From positions 1-52,334 of the IMG/VR virus record IMGVR_UViG_3300021356_000025: 52,334 bases of DNA. One strand, given 5' to 3'. Each line of letters begins with the position of its first letter. Within the stretch, counting starts at the first letter, position 1. A program made the translations under genes and the position numbers. The stretch comes from a virus. Its lineage: Duplodnaviria > Caudoviricetes. Positions 43,695-52,334 of this stretch are shown one piece after another. A model generated the notes under the pieces. It saw only the letters and a program-made list of their open reading frames with translations. It made no database searches and was not told where the DNA came from.

Positions 43695-43922
43695 CCTACC
43701 ACCAGACCGCCGAGGATTTATTCCGAGGCGGTCGTCTTGTTGCGCACTAACCTTGCGTGCGTGCCCGTTGCGCGTGCGTGCGTGCCAATGTCCACTGACA
43801 GCTGTCCGTTGTCCACGATCAACGAATAATGTCCACGAACGAGTAGCTCCCAGCGTAGCAATACACAATATGTTGTGAGTTATCCCCTGATAATTGTACG
43901 TTGTCCTCGGTCAGCACCACTT

Positions 43923-44200
43923 TGTGCCACCTGTGCCACCTTGTGCCACTTTCTGTGCCACCTTACAGATAGAGCTAACATATTGATTTAGTTAGATTTT
44001 ATCTGCAAAACAAAGGCTTGTGCCACTTGTGCCATGTTTTTTCCTATATAGTATATACAGGTATTAAAAAAACAGTGATTTTACTTTTCCATAAACGAAT
44101 TTGAAAAGGTGGCACAACTGGCACATTTAACTCTAGCCCTTGTAGTTACTGGAAAAATGGTGGCACGAAACATGGCACAGTATCTGGCACAACTGGCACG
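43923..44200. repeat. Putative replication origin: 12 GTGCCA iterons, inverted 4+2 / 2+4 around an AT-rich core
   Basis: TGTGCCA at 43923, 43932, 43942, 43954, 44019, 44028; TGGCAC at 44110, 44119, 44161, 44173, 44185, 44194. Confidence 0.8.
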
Positions 44201-44411
44201 AAACTTAAGACTTTACTTTAACATTGACCGCTAACCACGGATAACGGACAACTATCAAAGAAGCGTGGCCGGCAATGGCCAGCACACGCTAGTTGCTATT
44301 TATCCACAATGAATTGTGCATTTACAACAGACAGTTTACCGGGTACCAGCACGCGCTCCTTCGTCGCTTGTGGTCAGTGTTAATTGTGAATTAACTATGG
44401 AGGTAACCATC

Positions 44412-44558
44412 ATGAGCCTACTAAAGTCTCTTATATATTCGTTTAAATTAAACCGCATGTCAGCACGAGAACTAGAACGTGAGTTATATACCGCGCTAGA
44501 CATGCTTCAACCACCTGTCGAATTAAATCCTAATGAAAAGATGGAGGTGAAAAAGTGA
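44412..44558 (+). CDS. Hypothetical early protein (48 aa)
   Basis: GGAGGT RBS. Confidence 0.55.
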   Translation: MSLLKSLIYSFKLNRMSARELERELYTALDMLQPPVELNPNEKMEVKK

Positions 44559-44869
44559 GTACATTTATCGTTCTTACTCAAGCTTTAGAAAACTACGCAA
44601 TGCCTGACTTGTATCCAGAAGCAGACCTGAAGTACTACTTCAAGTATAAGTTCGGCAATGACTATCGCGTATCTGGTTTCTTACGACGAGCAGATGCTCT
44701 TGCTTATGTCGCACTCAACCACTGTACGCTGAACCCTGACTATGTAACTTTCCCAACTAAAGTACTCACTGAAGATGAGTACAGGAAAGAGATAGAAGAA
44801 GAGTTCGGCTTTACAGATCCACAAAGCGTTGATGCTTTGTTCAACAGCCTAGAAGAGGTGGGCATCTAG
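44555..44869 (+). CDS. Hypothetical early protein
   Basis: GGAGGT RBS, GTGA overlap; TQ.LENY...K.K.G..Y. Confidence 0.65.
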   Translation: MSTFIVLTQALENYAMPDLYPEADLKYYFKYKFGNDYRVSGFLRRADALAYVALNHCTLNPDYVTFPTKVLTEDEYRKEIEEEFGFTDPQSVDALFNSLEEVGI

Positions 44870-44972
44870 CTCGCCCCTTCGGGGCTCGCTGTTATCACTC
44901 GTACTTTCAGTACTCGTGGTCAGTGGGTCTTGTGAGCTTATGCTCTTAATTCTTTTTAACTTGGAGGTAACC

Positions 44973-45146
44973 ATGTTGTACGAAAAAAATATAACGCCAA
45001 CTGTGTGGACTAAACTAAAGAAGCCACTGGTTGAATCTTATCAGCACCTTAGAGACAACCCAGCAGATCTTGTGCTGGTACTTGGTGCGCTTTTCGTTTT
45101 CGATATTTCAAACACACTTGATGATATAGCGGAGGATATACAATGA
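44973..45146 (+). CDS. Hypothetical early protein
   Basis: GGAGGT RBS before ATG 44973. Confidence 0.55.
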   Translation: MLYEKNITPTVWTKLKKPLVESYQHLRDNPADLVLVLGALFVFDISNTLDDIAEDIQ

Positions 45147-45325
45147 GTTTTGTTCCATTAAACCTTGACCGTGAACACTGGGAAATGATCGCTAACAACG
45201 ATGAACCAACTCCCAGTCTGAATCACTTTGAAATGATGTATCAGATGATGCAACTTGCTGGCGAGCATGCAGAGGACTGCACAAACGCACAACTTTCTAC
45301 TAAACAATTATTGGAGGATTTCTAA
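45143..45325 (+). CDS. Hypothetical early protein
   Basis: GGAGG RBS, ATGA overlap. Confidence 0.55.
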   Translation: MSFVPLNLDREHWEMIANNDEPTPSLNHFEMMYQMMQLAGEHAEDCTNAQLSTKQLLEDF

Positions 45326-45326
45326 A

Positions 45327-45929
45327 ATGCGTAATTCATTTATCGAAACTGCGTTGCAACAAATCAGTGAGTATCGTGGCTACAAAGGTGAAGTAGCTAA
45401 ACACATCATGTCGTTCAACACTGGCGACCTTGAGACTGACTTCGAAGAAGCATTCATTGCGTCTGCTACTGACGAGACGTCGTATCACCCGCTAGCCATC
45501 ATCGGCTTTCACCAGACGCTGATGGACAAAGTTTGCTGGAACGCTCGCAAGCTTTGGAACGCTCAGAACGAAGAGTCACCAGTGTACGGTGTCGAGACAG
45601 CTGAGCGCACTGCAGAGATTGTAGGTGTTGAGACTAACACTGACGTCAAAGAAGTAGTTGATCTTGACTATCAGAACTTGTTTCAGTCGCATGCATCGCT
45701 TGCTCAAGAGATGAGTGCAGAGGTTGATATCGCTAACCTTTACTACTTCTCGCCAACCAGTCTTGATGAGCAGACTGGCGAATGGCAACCACAATGTACT
45801 TGTGAGTCATTCGACGAAGCGTTTACGGAGATGAACAACATCACCGAGCAACTCGACGCGCAACAGAAAGACACGTTGCGAGCCAAGTTTGCAGAGAAAC
45901 GCAAGGCTCGTGAGAAAGCTGTAGCTTAA
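45327..45929 (+). CDS. Acidic hypothetical early protein (200 aa)
   Basis: GGAGG RBS before ATG 45327; followed by a terminator. Confidence 0.7.
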   Translation: MRNSFIETALQQISEYRGYKGEVAKHIMSFNTGDLETDFEEAFIASATDETSYHPLAIIGFHQTLMDKVCWNARKLWNAQNEESPVYGVETAERTAEIVGVETNTDVKEVVDLDYQNLFQSHASLAQEMSAEVDIANLYYFSPTSLDEQTGEWQPQCTCESFDEAFTEMNNITEQLDAQQKDTLRAKFAEKRKAREKAVA

Positions 45930-45932
45930 TAC

Positions 45933-45975
45933 ATACCCACTCAGTCTTCGGATTGGGTGGGTATTTTTGTTTTTT
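45933..45975 (+). terminator. Rho-independent terminator
   Basis: ATACCCACTCAGTC-TTCG-GATTGGGTGGGTAT followed by a T-rich tail. Confidence 0.85.
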
Positions 45976-46071
45976 AATAAGGAAGCAAACGGTCGCTGGG
46001 CGCCCGTTCGTCTTTGTTTGTTTTTTGTGCGCACCCATCGAGGGCTAAGCGTGCCATGATTGGAGGATGTT

Positions 46072-46218
46072 ATGGAAAGAGAAGATGATTTTGAAAAGCT
46101 GTTTGAATATGTCGATGCATACCTAGCGATCCATGAAGAGTATGCTCGCAAACTTGATATGTCTATTGATGAATTACTTGAGGCTAGAGCAGAATGGCAA
46201 AGCAACCGTGGCATGTAA
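46072..46218 (+). CDS. Small acidic hypothetical protein (48 aa, not in the ORF track)
   Basis: GGAGG RBS; MEREDDFEKLFEYVDAY... Confidence 0.55.
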   Translation: MEREDDFEKLFEYVDAYLAIHEEYARKLDMSIDELLEARAEWQSNRGM

Positions 46219-46400
46219 GACAGAACTTTATGGTCTTAAAAGATGACTGGCCTTATGTTGATTTCAGTAAACCTTTGGGTGTTATATTTAATGACGGTTC
46301 GAAGCAACACTTTAGACACTTGGACATTGAAGGTCCAGTGTGGAAGGAAGTAGCTTCGTACGGTAACTATCACAGAGTAGCAAAAGTTTATAACCTTTGA
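46194..46400 (+). CDS. Hypothetical protein
   Basis: 68-aa ORF in the + strand gene run. Confidence 0.5.
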   Translation: MAKQPWHVRQNFMVLKDDWPYVDFSKPLGVIFNDGSKQHFRHLDIEGPVWKEVASYGNYHRVAKVYNL

Positions 46401-46416
46401 CAACGGAGAACGGACC

Positions 46417-46587
46417 ATGAAAAGCGTGCCGAGGATATCTAGACTTGATCTTCTACATTGGTTAGGTACAAACAATGCAGTTGATACAAGAGAACAATTA
46501 ACTCAAATTATTCTTGAATTAGTTAATGGTGATTACGATCTTGCCATGCTAAAGAAAGACATAATACTTTACAAAGGAGCATTCTAA
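46417..46587 (+). CDS. Hypothetical protein (56 aa, not in the ORF track)
   Basis: GGAG RBS; MKSVPRISRLDLLHWLG... Confidence 0.55.
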   Translation: MKSVPRISRLDLLHWLGTNNAVDTREQLTQIILELVNGDYDLAMLKKDIILYKGAF

Positions 46588-46776
46588 ATGAATCCTGAAC
46601 AGTTTATTCGACATCTAGTCGAACAGTTAGAAGAAGCAATGGACGATGCTAATGAAGCTTTATCGGAAGGGCTTACTGATGGATCAGAAGGAATATATGA
46701 GGGCAGATTAGAGTTAGCTCTAATGATGCATACAGCAATAAAAATGTGGGAGCAGTCACAATATGCAAAATCTTAA
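46588..46776 (+). CDS. Hypothetical protein
   Basis: AGGAG RBS. Confidence 0.6.
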   Translation: MNPEQFIRHLVEQLEEAMDDANEALSEGLTDGSEGIYEGRLELALMMHTAIKMWEQSQYAKS

Positions 46777-46899
46777 ACGTTGGTCATTAATTTGTTTGAA
46801 ACACACGAGTCACATTGCTGCGCAATGCTTTGCGTTTATTGCGTGCCAATTTGACGATCTATCTAAATTTGCTGAAACAAAAATACGGGAGGACTAACC

Positions 46900-47178
46900 A
46901 TGTTTACAGCAGGAATCATAGCCGCTCTTGGCTTTATCTTTTTATTACTTAAGTTTGGTATACAACGAGTAGCAAAGTTTGACATTGCACTCGACGTTGC
47001 CATTACTTTCTTTTTCATCTGGATATTTGCAGGCACGTTTGCAGGCATGATGGCTGGCCTTACTGCCGGTCTTATCATCAGCGTATTCTTGTACGTTGCT
47101 AGACGCGTCGTGCCAAAGCCACCGCCTAAACAAAAGCGTGAATACTTTCGTTGGTTCAGACGCAAAACTGCGGGGTAA
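46900..47178 (+). CDS. Small multi-pass membrane protein
   Basis: GGAGG RBS; 2-3 hydrophobic segments and a basic tail. Confidence 0.7.
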   Translation: MFTAGIIAALGFIFLLLKFGIQRVAKFDIALDVAITFFFIWIFAGTFAGMMAGLTAGLIISVFLYVARRVVPKPPPKQKREYFRWFRRKTAG

Positions 47179-47183
47179 CTCTT

Positions 47184-47411
47184 ATGGAAGTAAGTGAGAT
47201 TGCAAAAATAGCAGAAGAGTGCCGAGTTAAAATTCTGCAGTGGCGTAACCGCCAGCTAATTGCAGACATGTCCGGCATTCATCTCAATACGCTTTCAAGG
47301 TTCTTAAGCGGAGGAGAACTTACGGTTAGTAATTTAGTTGCAATAGAGCTTGCCGTGGCTAAGTATCAACGGATCATTGAATACAAAAACTTGTGCTACA
47401 CATGTGAGTAA
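47184..47411 (+). CDS. Cro/XRE-like helix-turn-helix protein
   Basis: QLIADMSGIHLNTLSRFLSG...T..NL..I..A. Confidence 0.65.
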   Translation: MEVSEIAKIAEECRVKILQWRNRQLIADMSGIHLNTLSRFLSGGELTVSNLVAIELAVAKYQRIIEYKNLCYTCE

Positions 47412-47415
47412 AACT

Positions 47416-47598
47416 ATGTTGGAAAGTAATCCAGTAGTAAAGGCTGAACTAGAACCGATTGACGTAGCGATACGCAAAGAGCGTAATCGTCTGTGGAACT
47501 TGGAAGACGAAACAGGTGAAGAGCAGTGCTCTCACTATTTAGAGTACCTATGTCGTGCCAAAGCACGAGGGGTACAACACATTGTCATTAACTTTTGA
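47416..47598 (+). CDS. Hypothetical protein
   Basis: ORF from ATG 47416; ends G...IVINF. Confidence 0.5.
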   Translation: MLESNPVVKAELEPIDVAIRKERNRLWNLEDETGEEQCSHYLEYLCRAKARGVQHIVINF

Positions 47599-47608
47599 GG
47601 ATAAGACT

Positions 47609-47887
47609 ATGACCGATGAAGAAGTAGATAAAGAAGCAAGTACTCGTGCCGAGCGCATGATGGGCATTCGCAGTGCAATATTTGATGCAATACCAGATGA
47701 ATCTAACGCTTACGAAATATGTGTATCAGGACTTAGCATATTTTTACAAGCAGCTTTGCTTATGGCTGATCATGATGAAAAGAAAGTTCTGGAATTAGTA
47801 GACCATGTAATGGAGCTAGCCCAAGACCTTAACAAAGCAGATGAAGAAGCAGGCATCTGGCCACCACAACCAGACTCGGTACATTGA
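47609..47887 (+). CDS. Hypothetical protein
   Basis: GAGG RBS before ATG 47609. Confidence 0.55.
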   Translation: MTDEEVDKEASTRAERMMGIRSAIFDAIPDESNAYEICVSGLSIFLQAALLMADHDEKKVLELVDHVMELAQDLNKADEEAGIWPPQPDSVH

Positions 47888-47888
47888 T

Positions 47889-48071
47889 ATGAAAGATTCA
47901 GTTGAATGGCGACAAGACATAGCTTTGTCTAACAAAACAGTAAACGAAGTTATGGATAAGTTCTTTGATGAACTTATAAAAGGTAGAGTAGATCTGCCTA
48001 TTGGTACAGATATATTCGTAACAGAAAGTAAGTTAAAAACGGAGAAGTCAAATGAAGACGATAACACTTAA
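47889..48071 (+). CDS. Hypothetical protein
   Basis: Abuts the upstream stop codon. Confidence 0.45.
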   Translation: MKDSVEWRQDIALSNKTVNEVMDKFFDELIKGRVDLPIGTDIFVTESKLKTEKSNEDDNT

Positions 48072-48267
48072 TGAGTTTTCACAACACGATGCCGAATGGT
48101 TGGCAGACTTAATCGACAACTACTTGCAAGACCAAGGCATTCAAGCAACAAGTTTTGCTTTCAATATAGAAGTTGATTATGAGGAAGAAGAAACAAACGG
48201 ACCCCGCGAGATGAAGCTTTCGCTCGCAGACAAAATTGATGTAACAGCAAAAGTAGGAGGAGCATAA
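48052..48267 (+). CDS. Acidic hypothetical protein
   Basis: GGAG RBS. Confidence 0.55.
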   Translation: MKTITLNEFSQHDAEWLADLIDNYLQDQGIQATSFAFNIEVDYEEEETNGPREMKLSLADKIDVTAKVGGA

Positions 48268-48268
48268 C

Positions 48269-48508
48269 ATGGGTAGAGATCCCGGAGATATATGTCGTGT
48301 AGACGATGACCCTTATTCAGATTATTCAGATTATGAAGAAGGTAAAGGTGTATTTAGAAGCACGCCTGAAAGAGACCCGGACGAGCTTCATGACGAGGCG
48401 CGTCTTTTTACAATTGATAACCCTGTTGATATTGGCCCATCACTAGAAAAAAGTGTACCAAGTAACAACTTAGGTTCACTGGCAGATCTATTGCCAAGTG
48501 AGGACTAA
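48269..48508 (+). CDS. Acidic hypothetical protein
   Basis: AGGAGG RBS. Confidence 0.55.
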   Translation: MGRDPGDICRVDDDPYSDYSDYEEGKGVFRSTPERDPDELHDEARLFTIDNPVDIGPSLEKSVPSNNLGSLADLLPSED

Positions 48509-48647
48509 TGGACTTAGACGAAACAATAGAGGCATGCGACAACTTAAGGCTGAAGTTGGAAGGCGTAGGCTTGTCTGATGCACTTGTAGAAATAATTACT
48601 TTTGCTTATATACAAGCAATCAAACATGAACGTGGAGAGGACTGATC

Positions 48648-48875
48648 ATGAAGAACTGGACCTATGTAGATCTTATTGAGTATTCCGCAGGCTTTTACCT
48701 AGTTGCCGGTATGCCTCAAGACTGGGATGGCATGGACGACGGACAACTGTTCATAGGACTTGAAGATAGAGCGTGGCAACCGCTCGAAAACAAGGATGGC
48801 GAATATATCTGGGAGCAGATAGAAACAACGGCTAGAAGCCTAAATGAAACTTTTGAACTTGGAGTAAACATATGA
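48648..48875 (+). CDS. Hypothetical protein
   Basis: GAGG RBS; WQP.E...G..IW..I. Confidence 0.6.
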   Translation: MKNWTYVDLIEYSAGFYLVAGMPQDWDGMDDGQLFIGLEDRAWQPLENKDGEYIWEQIETTARSLNETFELGVNI

Positions 48876-49870
48876 GAACGATTCGACCTAGCCATCTATT
48901 CGATGAGCTAAAAGCAAATGGCCTTGCCAAAGTGAACAGCTGTATACACGCTGGTCCCGGCGAGGGTAAGTCACAACTCGTGTATCAATTCGCAGAAAGT
49001 ATCGGAGCAAAGATGTATGAGCTCCGTGCCAACCTCTTCGATCCTGTTGATGTACGTGGTGGATTGAAAGTTGTAGAGATGGAAGACGGTACATACAAGA
49101 CACGTTACGGTGTGCCTGAAGATTATCCGCCATCAGACTACGAAGGTACAGTTGTATTGTTTATCGATGAGATAACAAACGCACCGAAAGCAACACAGAA
49201 CGCCCTGCTGCAGTTGTTGCTTGACGACAAGATTGGTACATATCATCTACCGAAGAACACAATCAAGATTGCAGCTGGCAACCGTGCTCAAGACCGTGCC
49301 GCTGTCCATGAGATGCCAACACCTGTCAAAAACAGATTTGCTCACTACACATTGGAAGCAAACATTGATGACTGGGTACAGTGGGCATTGAAGAATGACA
49401 TCGATGAATCACTGATTGCATTCTTACGTTACAGACCAATGCTGCTCAGCGCAGTTGATTCCAAAGAGAACGCATTCCCAACACCCCGTGCATGGGAGAT
49501 GCTTAATCGCAAACTACCATTTATCAAAGATGACTTCTACGGTTGCGCATCATTGATTGGTGACGGACCAGCTGGTGAGTACATTGCATTCAAATCAATC
49601 TACAAAGAAGTACCTGACATCGATGCATTAATCAAGAGCCCAAGTACAACCAAGGTTCCAGAGAATGCATCAGTACTGTATGCAATTGCTGGTGCACTTG
49701 CATCACGAGTTACTGATAAGAACTTCGATGCAATCATGAAGTATGTAAGACGCATGCCTGCAGAGTATCAAGTAGTTATCATCAGAGACTGCATGGCTAA
49801 AGACAAAGGGTTGATGTCACAACCCGCATTTACTAAATGGACGCAAGACAACGCGTCAGTATTATTATAG
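48872..49870 (+). CDS. MoxR-like AAA+ ATPase
   Basis: GPGEGKS, DVRG, LFIDE, AAGNR, NRF.H, TPR.W. Confidence 0.9.
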   Translation: MRTIRPSHLFDELKANGLAKVNSCIHAGPGEGKSQLVYQFAESIGAKMYELRANLFDPVDVRGGLKVVEMEDGTYKTRYGVPEDYPPSDYEGTVVLFIDEITNAPKATQNALLQLLLDDKIGTYHLPKNTIKIAAGNRAQDRAAVHEMPTPVKNRFAHYTLEANIDDWVQWALKNDIDESLIAFLRYRPMLLSAVDSKENAFPTPRAWEMLNRKLPFIKDDFYGCASLIGDGPAGEYIAFKSIYKEVPDIDALIKSPSTTKVPENASVLYAIAGALASRVTDKNFDAIMKYVRRMPAEYQVVIIRDCMAKDKGLMSQPAFTKWTQDNASVLL

Positions 49871-49881
49871 GAGGAAGCATC

Positions 49882-50607
49882 ATGGCTTCAGTAAGACTAT
49901 CGCATGAGTTACGTAATGAAATACGTAGAAACGCTATGGAAGCATTTGAAACTGCTAACCCAAAGTGGAAAGCAGACAATGGATTCCAAACCAAAATAAA
50001 GTATGCCATACAAAATTCTAAATGGCAGAACTTTGCTGAAACACTAAACGGTATGATTCAGAACGAACAACAAACAAGAGACACTAACCAGTTCGGTCTA
50101 GAACGTATCAAGGTTGATAGTACTAGAATCAATCACATAACACTAACTCGTAACAAAACACAGGAAGATCGTGACAACGAATTAGGCCATCCAAGATCTG
50201 ATACAGTAGAGCTCGAGATCGAACTCGATGCTGCATTTGAAGCATGGTCTAAGGAAGGTATGTACGGTGGTTGTTCAACAACAGTTGACATTGAGTCTTT
50301 GACAGATGAAGACAGACTAGAGATCAACGACTTGATGACACAAGCTAAAGTATTTCAGAAGGAACTGAGAGACAAAGAAGACAAGTATCAAACATCAATT
50401 GTAAATCTACTCGACAACTGTAACACGCTCAAGCAACTGCTGGAGTCGTGGCCTGCAGCTGAGTCTTTGATTCCACAAAGCAAGATAGAGTTGATGCACA
50501 AGAAAGTAACACGTTCAGCAGCAGCTAAGCAACGACGCGAAGCAGTTGAGTTTGATTCAGACGAGATAAACCAAACGGTACTTACAGCCAAACTAGTTGG
50601 AGGCTAA
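49882..50607 (+). CDS. Nmad5-like protein (nucleotide-modification-associated domain 5)
   Basis: AGGAGG RBS; N-terminal RLS..LR..I and C-terminal L....TLKQLL..WP....P. Confidence 0.6.
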   Translation: MASVRLSHELRNEIRRNAMEAFETANPKWKADNGFQTKIKYAIQNSKWQNFAETLNGMIQNEQQTRDTNQFGLERIKVDSTRINHITLTRNKTQEDRDNELGHPRSDTVELEIELDAAFEAWSKEGMYGGCSTTVDIESLTDEDRLEINDLMTQAKVFQKELRDKEDKYQTSIVNLLDNCNTLKQLLESWPAAESLIPQSKIELMHKKVTRSAAAKQRREAVEFDSDEINQTVLTAKLVGG

Positions 50608-50608
50608 C

Positions 50609-51742
50609 ATGTCTGCAGAAAATGCAATGGTAAAAGCACGAAGCAACTTGCTAATGGACCACCCGTTCTTTGGCACGTTGTCATTGAAGCTCAAGCTTGT
50701 GCTCGACAATGAGCAACCTACCGCTGCAACAGATGGCAAACGTCTAGTCTACAACGAAGACTTTGTAATGAAACAAAGTCCACAAGAGCTTCGTGGTCTC
50801 ATCGGCCACGAGGTTCTACACTGTACAGGTTGTCACCACACACGCCGTGGTGAGCGTGATCCCAAGCTTTGGAACATGGCTTGTGATTACATTATCAATC
50901 AGATCTGTAAGAAAAGCGGATTGATACTACCAGACGGTGCATTGTTGGATGACAAGTACGATGATACATGGACGCCTGAAGCTGTCTACAATGACTTACA
51001 AGACAGACAAAGCGAAGACGAAAAGCTACCTGAATGTGGTTGGGGCTTGGTAATGGACGCTGACAACGGATCACTAACCAAGGAAAGCAATGCACAGCAA
51101 GAGGCTGACTGGCAGATTGCAGTAACACAAGCGGCTGAGATAGCTAAGTCGCAAGGCAAACTACCCGGGCATCTCGAGCAATTCATTCAAGACATTGTAG
51201 AACCAAAGGTAAATTGGTTGACAGTACTTTGGCCTTTCTTTACAGACTTGCGTAAAGATGACTACACATGGGCTAAACCACACAGAGCTTATATATCGGA
51301 GGACGAGTACTTACCATCGTGCCACAGTGAAGGCTGTGGGAAAGTCGGTATCATATTCGACACAAGTGGTAGTACACACAGGGATCAACAACAATTCGTT
51401 GGCGAACTAAACGCAATCATCAACGATGTGCAGCCGTCGTCTGTTGTTGTAGTGCACTGTGACTATGTAGTTCAACAAACATTCGAACTAGAGCAAGGCG
51501 ACGAACTTGGAGAAGAGCATCAAAACTTGAAAGGACAAGGTGGTACACAGGTTACACCAGCTTTCAAATACATCCGCGAAGAACATCCGGATGTGGAAGC
51601 ACTTGTGTACTTAACGGATTTGGAAACCGATATGCAAGATTTCATTAACGCAGAGGAAGAAGTTATATGCCCTGTATTATGGATCAGCACAGAAAGGAAT
51701 GTCGAAGCACCGTTCGGGGAGACAGTATATTTGACAGACTAG
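50609..51742 (+). CDS. DUF2201-type metallopeptidase + VWA domain protein
   Basis: TAATDG, HEVLH, WN.ACD..IN, MIDAS DTSGS, GGT, YLTD. Confidence 0.88.
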   Translation: MSAENAMVKARSNLLMDHPFFGTLSLKLKLVLDNEQPTAATDGKRLVYNEDFVMKQSPQELRGLIGHEVLHCTGCHHTRRGERDPKLWNMACDYIINQICKKSGLILPDGALLDDKYDDTWTPEAVYNDLQDRQSEDEKLPECGWGLVMDADNGSLTKESNAQQEADWQIAVTQAAEIAKSQGKLPGHLEQFIQDIVEPKVNWLTVLWPFFTDLRKDDYTWAKPHRAYISEDEYLPSCHSEGCGKVGIIFDTSGSTHRDQQQFVGELNAIINDVQPSSVVVVHCDYVVQQTFELEQGDELGEEHQNLKGQGGTQVTPAFKYIREEHPDVEALVYLTDLETDMQDFINAEEEVICPVLWISTERNVEAPFGETVYLTD

Positions 51743-51877
51743 TTACACTAGTATTAACATTGAGATTGCCTCAAAGTGACCAAATGTACAATTTTTCCTC
51801 CTAGTTATTGTACGTCCAAGTTGTCAGCTTGGTGCACTGATGGTCAGCAACGCACCTTTATTTTTCAGGAGAGCATT

Positions 51878-52165
51878 ATGAGTATTGACGAAGCAACTCC
51901 CAACGATTGGGACAACTTAGGCAAGAAGATAAAAGATTACACAAAAGATTTTGATGTAGTAAACAACCCCAGCCATTACAACACAGGCGCTGTAGAATGT
52001 ATCGATGCAATAGAAGAGTCTATGTCGCCTGAAGCATTCCAAGGATACCTAAAAGGCAACACCATAAAATATTTATGGCGGTACAACTACAAGGGTAAAC
52101 CATTACAAGATTTACAAAAAGCGGAATGGTATTTAAACAGGTTAATAAAAACTTTAAATAAGTGA
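51878..52165 (+). CDS. DUF3310 family protein (T7 gp1.7/SaV-like)
   Basis: VNNPSHY, ECIDAI, GN.IKYLWR, KG...DL.KA.WY; AGGAG RBS. Confidence 0.85.
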   Translation: MSIDEATPNDWDNLGKKIKDYTKDFDVVNNPSHYNTGAVECIDAIEESMSPEAFQGYLKGNTIKYLWRYNYKGKPLQDLQKAEWYLNRLIKTLNK

Positions 52166-52172
52166 GGGCATT

Positions 52173-52322
52173 ATGTTAGACATAATTATAGGCACAACTT
52201 TGTTTATAGGATTTATGTATGTAGCGTACGAAGGCTGGCAAGAACTTAGAGACAAGCAGGCTGCTTGGGAAAAAAGAAAAGTAAAGAAACTCAGGAAGAA
52301 AACTTATGTCCTCCGAGACTGA
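52173..52322 (+). CDS. Small membrane protein (49 aa, not in the ORF track)
   Basis: GAGG RBS; MLDIIIGTTLFIGFMYVAY followed by a basic tail. Confidence 0.55.
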   Translation: MLDIIIGTTLFIGFMYVAYEGWQELRDKQAAWEKRKVKKLRKKTYVLRD

Positions 52323-52334
52323 CATTGTTACACT
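52306..52334 (+). CDS. Truncated ORF start, possibly a family A DNA polymerase
   Basis: AGGA RBS; MSSETDIVTL resembles the 'IVTLDFET' ExoI start of phage PolA. Only ~10 codons are visible. Confidence 0.3.

Noticed and set aside
43744-43800. GCGT-rich run (TGCGTGCGTGCCCGTTGCGCGTGCGTGCGTGCC)
   Set aside because: Low-complexity short repeat with no consistent structure or context supporting a function.
43923-44200. CRISPR-like or mini-array interpretation of the GTGCCA repeats (a Cas4-like gene is present)
   Set aside because: The repeats are only 6-8 bp, irregularly spaced and in both orientations, with no 25-45 bp repeat-spacer pattern. Solo Cas4-like nucleases are ordinary phage replication genes.
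1-52334. Apparent absence of a DNA polymerase as a novelty
   Set aside because: The window is incomplete and its last codons (DIVTL) resemble a PolA start, so the gene probably lies just outside.
1-52334. tRNA, rRNA, integrase, intron/intein or recoded stop codons
   Set aside because: No cloverleaf with T-loop/CCA was seen, no recombinase motifs, and core genes (TerL, portal, MCP, helicases) are continuous in the standard code.

Overview
Most of a tailed dsDNA bacteriophage genome, probably a marine podovirus with an N4-gp56/DUF4043-type capsid and a P22-like portal. The two window ends do not join in frame, so a piece is missing, probably the primase N-terminus and a DNA polymerase. + strand 1-7138 is a replication module: AEP primase-SF3 helicase fusion, Cas4-like nuclease, Gp88-like protein, SNF2 helicase, putative SSB. 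- strand 43099-7331 is a packaging/virion/lysis operon: HNH, TerS, TerL, portal, scaffold, basic proteins, a three-gene secreted module, capsid, adaptors, ejection proteins, holin/endolysin, tail and fibre proteins, resolvase-like nuclease. + strand 43476-52334 carries a symmetric iteron origin, small early genes, and MoxR AAA / Nmad5-like / VWA / DUF3310 genes. The most unusual items are: (1) a ~220-nt capsid-gene leader that reads as a tandem array of small H-type pseudoknots; (2) a cohesin plus dockerin-like module inserted in a 1713-aa repetitive virion protein; (3) a NADAR domain, flanked by 12-bp direct repeats, inside the giant ejection protein; (4) a secreted/membrane gene trio in the head operon; (5) three hairpins displaying anti-Shine-Dalgarno loops. 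All family assignments come from motif recognition by eye, not from database searches.
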